64,000 nucleotides of DNA from an uncultured delta proteobacterium. Its GTDB lineage: Bacteria; Myxococcota; UBA727; VGSZ01. Numbering within the stretch: position 1 is the stretch's first letter; each line of letters opens with the position of its first letter. The stretch is from contig CAVZJB010000012.1 in assembly GCA_963775425.1 (NCBI GenBank), positions 96,001 through 160,000 of the forward strand, given 5' to 3'. The notes beneath the pieces are model-generated. The model was not told the DNA's origin. It saw only the letters and a program-made list of their open reading frames with translations, and did no database searches. Below, piece by piece: positions 28,907 to 38,443 of this stretch. Position numbers and translations under genes: made by a program.

Positions 28907-31543
28907 ATGAGCGGAGCGAAGTTCGTCGTCCTGAAATTCGGTGGCACCAGCGTCGCCACGGCGGGGCGCTGGAAGACCATCCTCGACGAGGCCAACAAGC
29001 GCGTCGCCGCGGGCGAGAAGCCCGTGTTGGTCTGCTCCGCCATCAGCAAGATGTCGGACGCGCTCGAGCGCCTCGTCGACGAGGCCGTCGCCGGCCGGCA
29101 CGAGCCCGCGCTCGCCCGCGTGCGCGCCCGGCACGAGGAGCTCGCGCGCGATCTCGGCGTGGACCTCGAGGCCTGCGTCGGCGAGGAGCTCAAGGAGATC
29201 GAGCGGCTCGCCGTCGGCGCCTCCCTGCTGCGCGAAAAGAGCGTGCGCCTGGTGGCGCGCACCATGGCGATGGGCGAGATCCTCTCCACCAAGCTCGGCG
29301 CCGCCTTCATGAACGCGCAGGGGCTCGCCACCGAGTGGGTCGACGCGCGCACCTGCTTCGTCTCGGTCGACGACCCGCTGCGGCCCGAGGCGGGCAGGGT
29401 GCTCTCCGCCGTCGTCGGCGACGACAAGGACCCCGCGCTCCAGGCGCGCTTCGCCGCCGCCGGCGCCGCCTGCATCCTCACGCAGGGCTTCATCGCGCGC
29501 GACAAAGACGGCGGCACCGTCCTCCTCGGCCGCGGCGGCTCCGACACCTCGGCCGCGTACTTCGCCGCCAAGCTCCACGCCGCGCGCTGCGAGATCTGGA
29601 CCGACGTGCCCGGCATCTTCTCCGCGGATCCGCGCGTCCTGCCCGGCGCCATCCTCGTGAAGGCCGCGAGCTACGGCGAGGCGCAGGAGATCGCTTCGAT
29701 GGGTGCGAAAGTGTTGCATCCACGCTCCATCGCGCCCTGCCGCAAGAACCGCGTGCCCATGCAGATCCGCTGGACCGACCGCCCCGACATGGAGGGCACG
29801 GTCATCGAGAAGAGTGAGCGCACCGGCGAGGGGCAGGTGAAGGCCATCTGCCACAAGCGCGGCATCACGCTCATCTCCATGGAGACCCAGGGCATGTGGC
29901 AGCAGGTCGGCTTCCTCGCCGACGTCTTCCAGTGCTTCAAGGCGCGCGGCTTGAGCGTCGATCTCGTCTCTACCAGCGAGATGAACGTCACCGCGTCCCT
30001 CGACGCCAGCGCCAACACCCTCGACGCCGCGACCCTCGACGGCCTCGCCAAGGACCTCGGGCGCTTCTGCCGCGCCAAGGTCATCCCCGCGTGCGCCGCC
30101 GTCAGCCTCGTCGGGCGCCGCATCCGCGCCATCCTCCACCAGCTCGGCCCGGTGCTGAGCGTGTTCGAGGAGCACAAGATCCACCTGGTGTCGCAGGCGG
30201 CCAGCGACCTCAACCTCACCTTCGTCGTCGACGAAGACCAGGCCGAGCGGCTGGTGCGCTCGCTGCACGCGCTGTTGTTCCTGCCCGGCAAGCTGCCGGC
30301 GCAGACCTTCGGACCGCAGTGGCGCGAGCTGTTCGAGGGGCCTGCGTCCACCAAGCCGGTGGCCGCGCACGTCCCCTCCTGGTGGCGCCAACGCAAAGAC
30401 GAGCTCGTGGCGTTGGCCAAGGCGCACAGCCCGCTGTACGTCTACGACGAGGGCACCCTGGACGACGCCATCGCCGCGGTGCAGGCGCTGTCGTCGGTGG
30501 ATCGCGCGTTCTACGCGCTCAAGGCCAATTCGCACGTCGACATCCTGAGAAAGATGGAGGCGGCCGGGCTCGGCTTCGAGTGCGTCTCCATCGGCGAGCT
30601 CGAGCATGTCCGCAACGTCTGCCGCGGCATCGATCCGCAGCGGCTCCTCTACACGCCGAACTTCGCGTCACGCGCAGAGGTCCAGCAGGCGCTGGCGCTC
30701 GACGTCGACCGCGGCGGCGTCCGCGTCACCGTGGACAGCGTGTTCGCGCTCGAGCGCTGGGGAGAGCTGTTCAGCGGCCGCGACATCTTCCTGCGCCTCG
30801 ACCCGGGGGCCGGCCGCGGCCACCACGAGTACGTGAGGACCGGCGGCCAGCAATCCAAGTTCGGCATCGCCGCTGCCGACCTCGACAGGCTGCCGGCCCT
30901 CGTGGACAAGGCCGGCGCCACCGTGGTCGGCCTGCACGCCCACTCGGGCTCGGGGATCCTCGAGGCGGACGCGTGGGCGGAGGTGGCCATGTTCCTCGCC
31001 GACGCCGCCGAGCGCTTCCCCGCGGTCGGCATCCTCGACGTCGGCGGCGGCCTCGGCGTCCCCGAGAAGCCCGGCCAGGCGGCCCTGGACCTCGCCGCTC
31101 TCGATTCGTCACTCACCAAAGTGAAGAAGGCACGGCCCCGCTTCCAGCTCTGGCTCGAGCCCGGGCGCTTCCTGGTGGCGCGCGCGGGCGCGCTGTTGGC
31201 GCGGGTGACGCAGGTGAAGCACAAGGGGCCGCTGACCTTCGTGGGCGTCGACGCGGGCATGAACGCGCTCATCCGGCCCGCGCTCTACGGCGCATATCAC
31301 GAGATCGTGAACCTCACCCGCCTCGACGAGCGGACGGCGCAGACGGCCACCATCGTCGGCCCCATCTGCGAGACCGGCGACGTGCTCGGCCACCAACGCC
31401 GCATCGCCACGGCGCGCGAGGGTGACGTGATGCTCATCGGAACCACCGGGGCCTACGGGCGCTCGATGTCGTCGCGCTACAACCTCAGGGAGCCGCCGCC
31501 GGAGCTGTTCCTCCCAAGAGCCCCGCGCGCTGCCACCACTTGA
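28907..31543 (+). CDS. lysAC: bifunctional aspartate kinase / diaminopimelate decarboxylase
   Basis: KFGGTSV, LGRGGSDTSA, WTDVPG and ACT domains, then FYALKAN, HSGSG, DVGGG, EPGRFLV and GPICETGD. Confidence 0.95.
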   Translation: MSGAKFVVLKFGGTSVATAGRWKTILDEANKRVAAGEKPVLVCSAISKMSDALERLVDEAVAGRHEPALARVRARHEELARDLGVDLEACVGEELKEIERLAVGASLLREKSVRLVARTMAMGEILSTKLGAAFMNAQGLATEWVDARTCFVSVDDPLRPEAGRVLSAVVGDDKDPALQARFAAAGAACILTQGFIARDKDGGTVLLGRGGSDTSAAYFAAKLHAARCEIWTDVPGIFSADPRVLPGAILVKAASYGEAQEIASMGAKVLHPRSIAPCRKNRVPMQIRWTDRPDMEGTVIEKSERTGEGQVKAICHKRGITLISMETQGMWQQVGFLADVFQCFKARGLSVDLVSTSEMNVTASLDASANTLDAATLDGLAKDLGRFCRAKVIPACAAVSLVGRRIRAILHQLGPVLSVFEEHKIHLVSQAASDLNLTFVVDEDQAERLVRSLHALLFLPGKLPAQTFGPQWRELFEGPASTKPVAAHVPSWWRQRKDELVALAKAHSPLYVYDEGTLDDAIAAVQALSSVDRAFYALKANSHVDILRKMEAAGLGFECVSIGELEHVRNVCRGIDPQRLLYTPNFASRAEVQQALALDVDRGGVRVTVDSVFALERWGELFSGRDIFLRLDPGAGRGHHEYVRTGGQQSKFGIAAADLDRLPALVDKAGATVVGLHAHSGSGILEADAWAEVAMFLADAAERFPAVGILDVGGGLGVPEKPGQAALDLAALDSSLTKVKKARPRFQLWLEPGRFLVARAGALLARVTQVKHKGPLTFVGVDAGMNALIRPALYGAYHEIVNLTRLDERTAQTATIVGPICETGDVLGHQRRIATAREGDVMLIGTTGAYGRSMSSRYNLREPPPELFLPRAPRAATT

Positions 31544-32435
31544 GGACGAGGGCGGCGCTCTCGGCGGGCCGCTCGATCATCGGGGCGTGACCGGTCTCCC
31601 TCATGACGACGACGTCGTGGCCGGGGAGGCGCGCGCGCCACAGCGGGACCACGCTCGGGTCGATGAGCCGGTCGGTGTCGCCCCACACGACGAGCGTGGG
31701 CGGCTCGAGCTTTTCGACCTCGCCCTCGATGGGCTTGTCCTTTTTGTGGATGTCGGCGCTGATCTTCTTGGCCATCTCGTAGCCGGCCGCGGCTTCGGCG
31801 GCGAAGTGCGCCTTGAGGAAGTCGGGGATGGCGGGGGGCTTCACGAACGACATCTTCATGAGGCGGTCGAAGCCGGCGGCGTCCTTGATGAGGAGCGGTT
31901 CGTTGCCCTGCTTGGTGAGGGCGTCCATGGGGCTCGGCTTGGGCGACGGGATGCCGCTCGGGTCGAAGAGCACCAGCGACTCGACGTCGCCGGGGTGGGC
32001 GAGGGCGTAGTTGACGGCGAGCTCGCCGCCCAGCGAGTTGCCGAGGAGGTGGAAGCGCGTGACTCCGCGCCGCTTGAGGAACGCGCGCAGCCGCTCGGCC
32101 TGCGAGCGCAGGTCGTACGAGAGCGACGGGTCCTTGGTGCTCTCGCCGAACCCGGGCAGGTCCGGCGCGATGAGCCAGAGCTCCTCGGGCATGTGCGCGC
32201 AAAAGCGCGTCCAGTGGTCCTTGTTGCCGCCGAAGCCGTGGAGCATGACGACGACGTCGGCGGGGGAGCCGACGCGCGGGCGGCGCTCGAGGAACGCGAT
32301 CCCGCCGTCCTTGTCGGCGACGACGTCGGCCTTGCCGCGCTCGTAGCCGACCCCGAGCGCGCCGAGCGTGGCGGCGCACGACGACGCCGACGACGCGATG
32401 ACGAGGACGGCCAGCGGAACCATGAAGCGTCGCAT
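31485..32435 (-). CDS. alpha/beta hydrolase (lipase-like), probable lipoprotein
   Basis: HGFGG, PDLPGFG, GNSLGG nucleophile, WGDTD and GHAPMIERP motifs; signal ending ASSC. Overlaps lysAC convergently by 59 bp. Confidence 0.9.
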   Translation of the reverse strand: MRRFMVPLAVLVIASSASSCAATLGALGVGYERGKADVVADKDGGIAFLERRPRVGSPADVVVMLHGFGGNKDHWTRFCAHMPEELWLIAPDLPGFGESTKDPSLSYDLRSQAERLRAFLKRRGVTRFHLLGNSLGGELAVNYALAHPGDVESLVLFDPSGIPSPKPSPMDALTKQGNEPLLIKDAAGFDRLMKMSFVKPPAIPDFLKAHFAAEAAAGYEMAKKISADIHKKDKPIEGEVEKLEPPTLVVWGDTDRLIDPSVVPLWRARLPGHDVVVMRETGHAPMIERPAESAALVLKWWQRAGLLGGTAPAAAP

Positions 32436-32498
32436 GCCGCAGGCTAACACCGGTCCGCCGCGGTGCACGCGTGGGTTCGCGTCAGGCGGCGGAGCGCG

Positions 32499-35400
32499 TC
32501 ACTCCCAGCCGTCGAGGGCGGCGCCGGCGCGCTTGAGGGCGGCGCCCGCCATGTCGCGGCGGATGGTGAAGATCGTCATGCCCGCGAGCAGCGCGACGCC
32601 GCAGCCGACGAGCAGCAGGGTACCGAGCAGCGCGTTGTCGAGGCCCGCGATGACGAGGCGGCCGACCACGAGCACCGCGCCGGCGACGGCGGCCGCGTAG
32701 AGCGAGCGGCGGTCGCGCACGAAGAGCGAGTACACGACGCCGCCGGTGACGACGAGGATGCCGATGGCGAACGCGCCGAACGTCCCGCTCGACAGCGCCG
32801 ACCACGCCGCCGCGCAATACAGCGGCACGTGCGAGAGCACGGCGAGCACGCGCCCCGCCGTGCCGAGACGCCTGCGGTGCCTGCGCGCGAGGAACGTGGC
32901 CGTCAGCGCCGCCGGCAACAGATACAGCGCGGGATCGGTGGCGCCTTGCAGGTGAAGCGCGATCTCGGTGGCGACGAGGATCATCAGGCCGGCCGCCAGC
33001 TCGTAGCGCGCGAGCTTCCTCGTTCGCGCCAACGTCGCGTACAGCCCGCCGCCCACGACGAGGATCACCGCGCGCGCCGCCTGCGACGGCCCGAGCGCGG
33101 CCGCCACCACCGGCAGCGTCGTCGCGTACAGCTCCGCCGCGCGCGACAGCGGCGACGTCCTCGGCAGCAGCGCGCGCAGCGCCAGGAAGCAGGCGGCGCC
33201 GCCCAAGCAGGCGATGGAGTCCACCGCGTCCACGCCGTCGAGCCACGGAGTCCGCCGCCGCAGGTCGACGTAGATCGCGAGCGCCGCTCCCTCTGCGATG
33301 GCGGCGAAGAAGGTCTGCTCCCGCTCCACCGCCGCCCGCGCGAACACCACCACGCCGAGGCCGAGCGCCACCCACGTGCACGCGAGGCTCCCCGTGCCCG
33401 CGTCGCGGCCGCCGGCGACGACGAAGATCACCGTACCGAGCAGCACGAAGGCGACGGCGTCGACGCAAGCGCGCGCCGCGCCCTCGCCGTCCTCGCCGGC
33501 GAGCGCGCGCGCCGTTCGCTGCACCAGGGCGCACGCGGCGAGGCCGGCGGCGCACAGCAGCGGCACGGCCGAGGCGCGCAGCGGGGCGGCGTCGACGACG
33601 ACGCCGGCGAACGCGGAGGCGACGCCCATCGCCGCCACCACCGCGCCCCCGGCGCCGAGCGCCGCGACGACGCTCGCGCCGCGCTCGCGCCGCCCGCGCG
33701 CGGGCCGGGGCGTGGACCCGCGCACCCAAGCGAGCCCGGCGAGGGCGAGGCCCGCCGTCGCCACCGCCGGCACGTGCAGCGCGGGCGCGTCGCCCGTGCC
33801 GAACGCGATCGCCACGCACGCGAGCAGCACGACGACGACGGCGACGACGTCGCCGAGCCGCGCGCGCATCGCCGCGGGCATCGCGAGGCCGAGCGCGGCG
33901 AGCGCCCTGCGCCCGCCGCGCGTGCGCAACGCCCACGCGACGACGACGAGGCCGAGCGCGCCCGCCGCCTGGCTGCTGCCGTTCGACGGCGGGAGCCAGC
34001 GCGCCGCGTGCATCATCCAGTCGCACGCGACGCCCGCGAGGCCGGCGACGGCCCCCGCCACGAGGGCCGCGCCCACGGTGCGGCGGAAGCGCAGCGTCGC
34101 GTACGCCGCGGCGAACAGCGCGCCGGCGACGACGAGCACGCCGGGGGCGTAGCGCACCGCCACGGAGGTGCTCACGCCGCCGAACGCGATGACGACGGCG
34201 GCGAGGACGACGAGCCCGGCGACGCTCACGAGCATCGTCGACGCGATCGCGCGCAACACCCCTTGCGCAGGGAGCCCCGCGAGGGGCCACGGGGCGCTGC
34301 GCACGCGCCGCATGAGGCGCGCGAGGGCGAGCGCGGAGACGAGGACGGCCACGGCGCCGACGGCGAAGCCGAGCGCGCGGGCGTCGCTGCCGACGACGAC
34401 GCCGGCGAGCGCGGCGACGACGGCGGCGCTCGCAGCGAGGAGGACGGCGCACCCGACGAGGACCTGCGCGGCGCGGCCGGCGAAGAGCGCGGCGGCCGTG
34501 GCCGCGCCGAGCGCGAGGAACAGCGCGAGCGCGTCGAAGAGCGCGGCCTCGCGGGCGAGGCCCGCGGCGCCCACGAGGAAGGCGTCGCCCGCGGCGCCCA
34601 CGAGGAAGGCGTCGCCCGCGGCGCCGGCGCGCACGGCGACGCCGAAGCAGAGCACGAGCGCGCCGGCGACGGCGAGCGCCGTCCACGCAGGGCCGCCGGC
34701 GGGGAGCGCGCGGCCCCTTCGTCGCTGCAGGCGCGTGAACACGGGGAGCGTGAGCTCCTGCGCGCGCAGCAGGGCGGCGACCACGGCGAGCACGGCGACC
34801 GACGCCAGCGCGAGGAACGTCCATGTGCCGAGCGTGGCGTGCGCGCCGGCGACGGCGGGGGTGTCGGCGGCGGCGAGCACGAGCGCGAGCGCGAGCCCGG
34901 CGAGCGCCCGCGGGGAGCGCACGCGCGCGAACAGGAGCGCGGCGGTGACGGCGACGGCGAGCGAGACGAAGCGCAGCGGCGCGCCTGCGTCGGCGGTGGC
35001 GTCGGCGAGCGCGGGCTCCGACAGCGCGCCGAGCCGCAACAAGCCGAGGAGCGTGGCGCCGGCGGCGGCGAGCGCGAACAACGCGCGCGCGCGCGCGTGG
35101 CGGCCGTGGCCGAGGATGCGCAGGCGCCGCGGCAACAGGCGGATGGCGCCCGCGGCGAGCGCGCCGGCGCGTCCGCGCAGGAGCGGCAGCGCGGGGAGGA
35201 ACGAGAGCGCCGCGCAGCCGGCGGCGGCGAGCGCGACGGCGAGCGGCAAGCGGTCGTCGTCGCCCGCGGCGAACGCGCGCGCGAGCACGACGGCGAGCGC
35301 GGCGAAGCCCGCGAAGGAGAGGTCACCCGAGCGCGACAGCTCGCCGGCGACGACGAGGACGCCGGCGGCGACGAGGGCGACGACGACGCGCTCGTCGTGG

Positions 35401-37337
35401 AGCGCGTGCCCGCTCGAGAGCACCGCGCCGGCGCCGGCGAGGGCGAACAGCACGGCCCACAAGACGGCCCCCGCCGCGGCGGGCACGAGCGGCGCCCGCG
35501 GGCGCACATGGCGCAGGGCGGCGACGACGAGGACGCCGGCGCCGACGAGGGCGGCGCAGGCGAGCACCGTGAGGCCGACGGGGTGCAGCTCGGTGGCGCC
35601 GACGTTGCGGAGCCGGTGGACCATCTGCGGCACCGTCATCATCACGGGGAGAAACGCCGTGCCCCAGGTGAGCCACGTGAACGCCGTCGAGCGCTCCGCG
35701 CGCCGGTCGGTGGCGAGCGCCGCAGTGACGACGAGGAGCGCGGGGACCGCCGGCGGGCCGTCGCCGAGCACGGCGGCGAAGCACGCGCCGCTGCCCCACA
35801 CGAGGAGCGAGGTCACCTTCTCGCCGATGGTCATCCCCGTCCGGCGCGCGCGCCAGCCGAGCGCGAACAGCGCGGCGACGCCGGCGAAGCCGACGACGGG
35901 CGCGGGGAGGTCGAGCGCGCGGCACAGCAAACCGGCGGCGAGAGCGAGCAGGCCGTGCGCGAGCGGGCGCGCGCCGCGGGGGAGACCGAGGTGTTCGTGG
36001 TGCAGCAGCCGGGCGGCGACGACGACGGCGGCGGCCGCGGCATAGAGCTGAAGCAGGGGCGCGTGACGCGCGTTGACGGCGACGCCGATGACGACGGCGG
36101 CGAGGACGACGGCGGCGAGGAACGAGAGCCAGCGCGCAAGCGGCGCGAGCGGGAACAGCCGGGGGCGCTGGTCCACGAAGCGGGCCACGGTGTCGACGCA
36201 GAGGAGCGCCAGGAGGCACGCGCGCGCGCCCGCGCCGTCGGTGCCGGAGGAGAAGGTCAGGGCGAGGACGACGCCAGACATCCCGACGAGGACGGCGCTG
36301 ATGTCGTCGACGAAGGTGGCGCGGCCGGCGAGCGCGTCGTCGGTGCGCGCGGCGATCGTGGCGCGCATGAGGGCGACGGCGGCGAGGGCGACCACGAGGC
36401 CGGTGACCGCGCCGGTGGGCGCGAGCACGAGGAGGACCCAGCCGGCGAGGAACGGCGCCCCCGCGCGGAGCGCCGAGCCGACGCCGGTCGCCGCGCCGCC
36501 GGTCGCCGTCGCCGCGCGCCGGCTGGTGAACAACAGCGCGCTTGCGAGCACCACCAGCGCTGCGGCGTCGAAGACGAGCGCGATGAGCGGGCGATCGGCG
36601 CGCAGCGTGGCGAGCGCGATCGCGCCGGACACCGCGATCAAGCGGCCGACGAGGCCGAGCACGTGCCCGGCGACGCTCTCGGCGAAGCGACGGGCGAGCA
36701 CGGCGCCCACGGCCATGAACGCGGCGGCGAACGCGACGAGGCCGCCGCCGACGACGCCGGGCCTGACGGCGAGCGGGATGTCGCCCCAAAACAGGTTGGT
36801 CGCCCACAGCGATCCGCCGACGGCGAACAGCGCGCCGACGAACCACACCGTCATCTCCAGCCGCTGCTGCAAGCGCAGCCGCGCCAACGCCGGATCCACC
36901 ACGCGCGCCGGCCGCGCCGGCGCGCGGCGCTCTTCGGTGCCCCCGGCGGACGTCCCCACGGCGCGCCCCACGACCGGCGCGCCGACCGCCACGACGGCGT
37001 GAGCGCCGGGCGCCCGGCGCCTTATGGGCGCGGCGCGCTCTTCGGGCGCGGCGCGCTCTTCGGGCGCGGCGCGCTCTTCGGGCGCGGCGCGCTCTTCGGG
37101 CGCGGCGCCGGCTCGGGCAGCGGCGTCGATGCGGCTGCGGGCGGCGGCGCGCCAGACCGAGGCGCGATCGGCGACGCCGTCGTCGTCCTTCAGGATGGCG
37201 TCGAGGGCGAAGGCGACATAGCGGTCCTGCCGCAGGAGCTCGGCGGCGGCGTCGACGCCCGGGTGTCCGCACGCGGCGCATCCGTCTTCGGGCGAGAGCG
37301 GGCCGCTGCAGCGCGGGCATACGGTCGGGTTCGTCAC
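32499..37337 (-). CDS. giant polytopic membrane protein with N-terminal zinc ribbon
   Basis: 1612 aa; CPRC...CAAC at the N-terminus, then hydrophobic helices almost throughout. Family not recognised. Confidence 0.72.
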   Translation of the reverse strand: MTNPTVCPRCSGPLSPEDGCAACGHPGVDAAAELLRQDRYVAFALDAILKDDDGVADRASVWRAAARSRIDAAARAGAAPEERAAPEERAAPEERAAPEERAAPIRRRAPGAHAVVAVGAPVVGRAVGTSAGGTEERRAPARPARVVDPALARLRLQQRLEMTVWFVGALFAVGGSLWATNLFWGDIPLAVRPGVVGGGLVAFAAAFMAVGAVLARRFAESVAGHVLGLVGRLIAVSGAIALATLRADRPLIALVFDAAALVVLASALLFTSRRAATATGGAATGVGSALRAGAPFLAGWVLLVLAPTGAVTGLVVALAAVALMRATIAARTDDALAGRATFVDDISAVLVGMSGVVLALTFSSGTDGAGARACLLALLCVDTVARFVDQRPRLFPLAPLARWLSFLAAVVLAAVVIGVAVNARHAPLLQLYAAAAAVVVAARLLHHEHLGLPRGARPLAHGLLALAAGLLCRALDLPAPVVGFAGVAALFALGWRARRTGMTIGEKVTSLLVWGSGACFAAVLGDGPPAVPALLVVTAALATDRRAERSTAFTWLTWGTAFLPVMMTVPQMVHRLRNVGATELHPVGLTVLACAALVGAGVLVVAALRHVRPRAPLVPAAAGAVLWAVLFALAGAGAVLSSGHALHDERVVVALVAAGVLVVAGELSRSGDLSFAGFAALAVVLARAFAAGDDDRLPLAVALAAAGCAALSFLPALPLLRGRAGALAAGAIRLLPRRLRILGHGRHARARALFALAAAGATLLGLLRLGALSEPALADATADAGAPLRFVSLAVAVTAALLFARVRSPRALAGLALALVLAAADTPAVAGAHATLGTWTFLALASVAVLAVVAALLRAQELTLPVFTRLQRRRGRALPAGGPAWTALAVAGALVLCFGVAVRAGAAGDAFLVGAAGDAFLVGAAGLAREAALFDALALFLALGAATAAALFAGRAAQVLVGCAVLLAASAAVVAALAGVVVGSDARALGFAVGAVAVLVSALALARLMRRVRSAPWPLAGLPAQGVLRAIASTMLVSVAGLVVLAAVVIAFGGVSTSVAVRYAPGVLVVAGALFAAAYATLRFRRTVGAALVAGAVAGLAGVACDWMMHAARWLPPSNGSSQAAGALGLVVVAWALRTRGGRRALAALGLAMPAAMRARLGDVVAVVVVLLACVAIAFGTGDAPALHVPAVATAGLALAGLAWVRGSTPRPARGRRERGASVVAALGAGGAVVAAMGVASAFAGVVVDAAPLRASAVPLLCAAGLAACALVQRTARALAGEDGEGAARACVDAVAFVLLGTVIFVVAGGRDAGTGSLACTWVALGLGVVVFARAAVEREQTFFAAIAEGAALAIYVDLRRRTPWLDGVDAVDSIACLGGAACFLALRALLPRTSPLSRAAELYATTLPVVAAALGPSQAARAVILVVGGGLYATLARTRKLARYELAAGLMILVATEIALHLQGATDPALYLLPAALTATFLARRHRRRLGTAGRVLAVLSHVPLYCAAAWSALSSGTFGAFAIGILVVTGGVVYSLFVRDRRSLYAAAVAGAVLVVGRLVIAGLDNALLGTLLLVGCGVALLAGMTIFTIRRDMAGAALKRAGAALDGWE
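37026..37108. repeat. 18-bp perfect tandem repeat x4
   Basis: GGGCGCGGCGCGCTCTTC x4, encoding (EERAAP)n in the giant membrane protein. Confidence 0.9.
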
Positions 37338-37444
37338 GCGGGCAATCTTGTCATCTCTCGCGCCACGACAAGCGCGCGCGTTGAGACCGTCGTCACTGCG
37401 TAGACACCTCGTCGCCTGCTGCGAACCGCGCGTGACGTCGAACG

Positions 37445-38149
37445 GTGCGCCCGGTCCGCGCTACCGTACGCCGCGTGTCCGCCGACGACGCGCTCCCGGA
37501 CGAAGCCCTCGCCGCGCTGCTCGACGCCCATGCACCCATGCGCGCGTGCGCGCTCGTCCCTGCGGTGCGCGCGTGGCACGCCGAGGACGAGATCCCGCTG
37601 TGGCAGGCGCTCGAGGCCGCGCTCGGAGGACCCATCGGCGCCCCCTTCTTCTGCGTGCCCTGGCCCGGCGCGCTCGCCCTCGCCCGCGCCGTCTTCGATG
37701 ACGTCGTCGACGTGCGCGGCAAGCTCGTCGCCGACGTCGGCTGCGGCTCGGGCGTCGCCGCCCTCGCCGCCCTCGACAAGGGCGCCGCCCGCGTCGTCGC
37801 CGTCGACGTCGATCCCCTCGCCGCAAAAAGCGCGCGCATCCTCGCCGCGCGCCACGGCGTCGAGCCCACGCGCATCCACGCCGTCGCCGGCGACGCGCTC
37901 GCCAATCCGGCCGTCGTCGCGACGGTCGACGCCGCCGACGTCGTCCTCGCCGGCGACCTCGTCTCCGCCGCCGCCCACGCCGCGCCCTTCCGCGCCGCCC
38001 TCGCGCGCTGGGGCACGCGCGCCGTCCTCGCCGACAGCGGCCGCCCCTTCTTCGACGCCGGCGGCCGCCGGGTGGTCGCCGCGCATGACGTCGACGTCCC
38101 GCGCTCGTTGGAGGGCGCGGCGCGGCGAACGGTGCGCGTGTACCGCTAG
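37445..38149 (+). CDS. class I SAM-dependent methyltransferase (protein-Lys methyltransferase-like)
   Basis: PFFCVPWPGALALAR, VADVGCGSG, VDVDP, VLAGD and ADSGR motifs. Start uncertain. Confidence 0.8.
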   Translation: MRPVRATVRRVSADDALPDEALAALLDAHAPMRACALVPAVRAWHAEDEIPLWQALEAALGGPIGAPFFCVPWPGALALARAVFDDVVDVRGKLVADVGCGSGVAALAALDKGAARVVAVDVDPLAAKSARILAARHGVEPTRIHAVAGDALANPAVVATVDAADVVLAGDLVSAAAHAAPFRAALARWGTRAVLADSGRPFFDAGGRRVVAAHDVDVPRSLEGAARRTVRVYR

Positions 38150-38152
38150 CCG

Positions 38153-38368
38153 TCAGCGGCGAAAGTCGTCGTCGCGCTCGCGCGAGTGGTCGATGGCGCG
38201 CACCTGGATCATGCCGCCGTCGATGGGGACCAGGTTGAGCTTGAGCGTGATGGAGCCGTCTCGGTTGGTGAAGCCCACCCCGATCTCGGTCCAGAACGCC
38301 TTCTTCCCCTCGCGGTCGCGGATGTGCCAGATGGCGTGCGTCGGTGCTGCGTGCGGTCTTTCGGTCAT
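38153..38368 (-). CDS. small conserved hypothetical protein (WTxIGxxFxNRDGS type)
   Basis: 71 aa, KAFWTEIGVGFTNRDGSITLKLNLVP; host-like codon use. Confidence 0.7.
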   Translation of the reverse strand: MTERPHAAPTHAIWHIRDREGKKAFWTEIGVGFTNRDGSITLKLNLVPIDGGMIQVRAIDHSRERDDDFRR

Positions 38369-38443
38369 TGGAGATCCCCAATCGAGCCTTCGATGCGGGG
38401 ACTGTTCCGCGCGCACGGCAGGATGCAACGGGGTTTTTCGGCC

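Noticed and set aside
31485-31543. 59-bp convergent overlap of lysAC and the hydrolase as antisense regulation
   Set aside because: Short 3' overlaps are common in high-GC genomes where stop codons are rare.
27483-31543. P450 plus lysAC as a biosynthetic gene cluster
   Set aside because: No scaffold-forming enzyme or precursor peptide nearby; lysAC is a known primary-metabolism fusion.
32463-37403. 1646-aa plus-strand ORF and similar giant Arg/Ala-rich ORFs (e.g. 23788-27129, 41579-44830, 43077-46712, 56298-59501)
   Set aside because: Shadow frames of real genes, expected at this GC content; no recognisable motifs.
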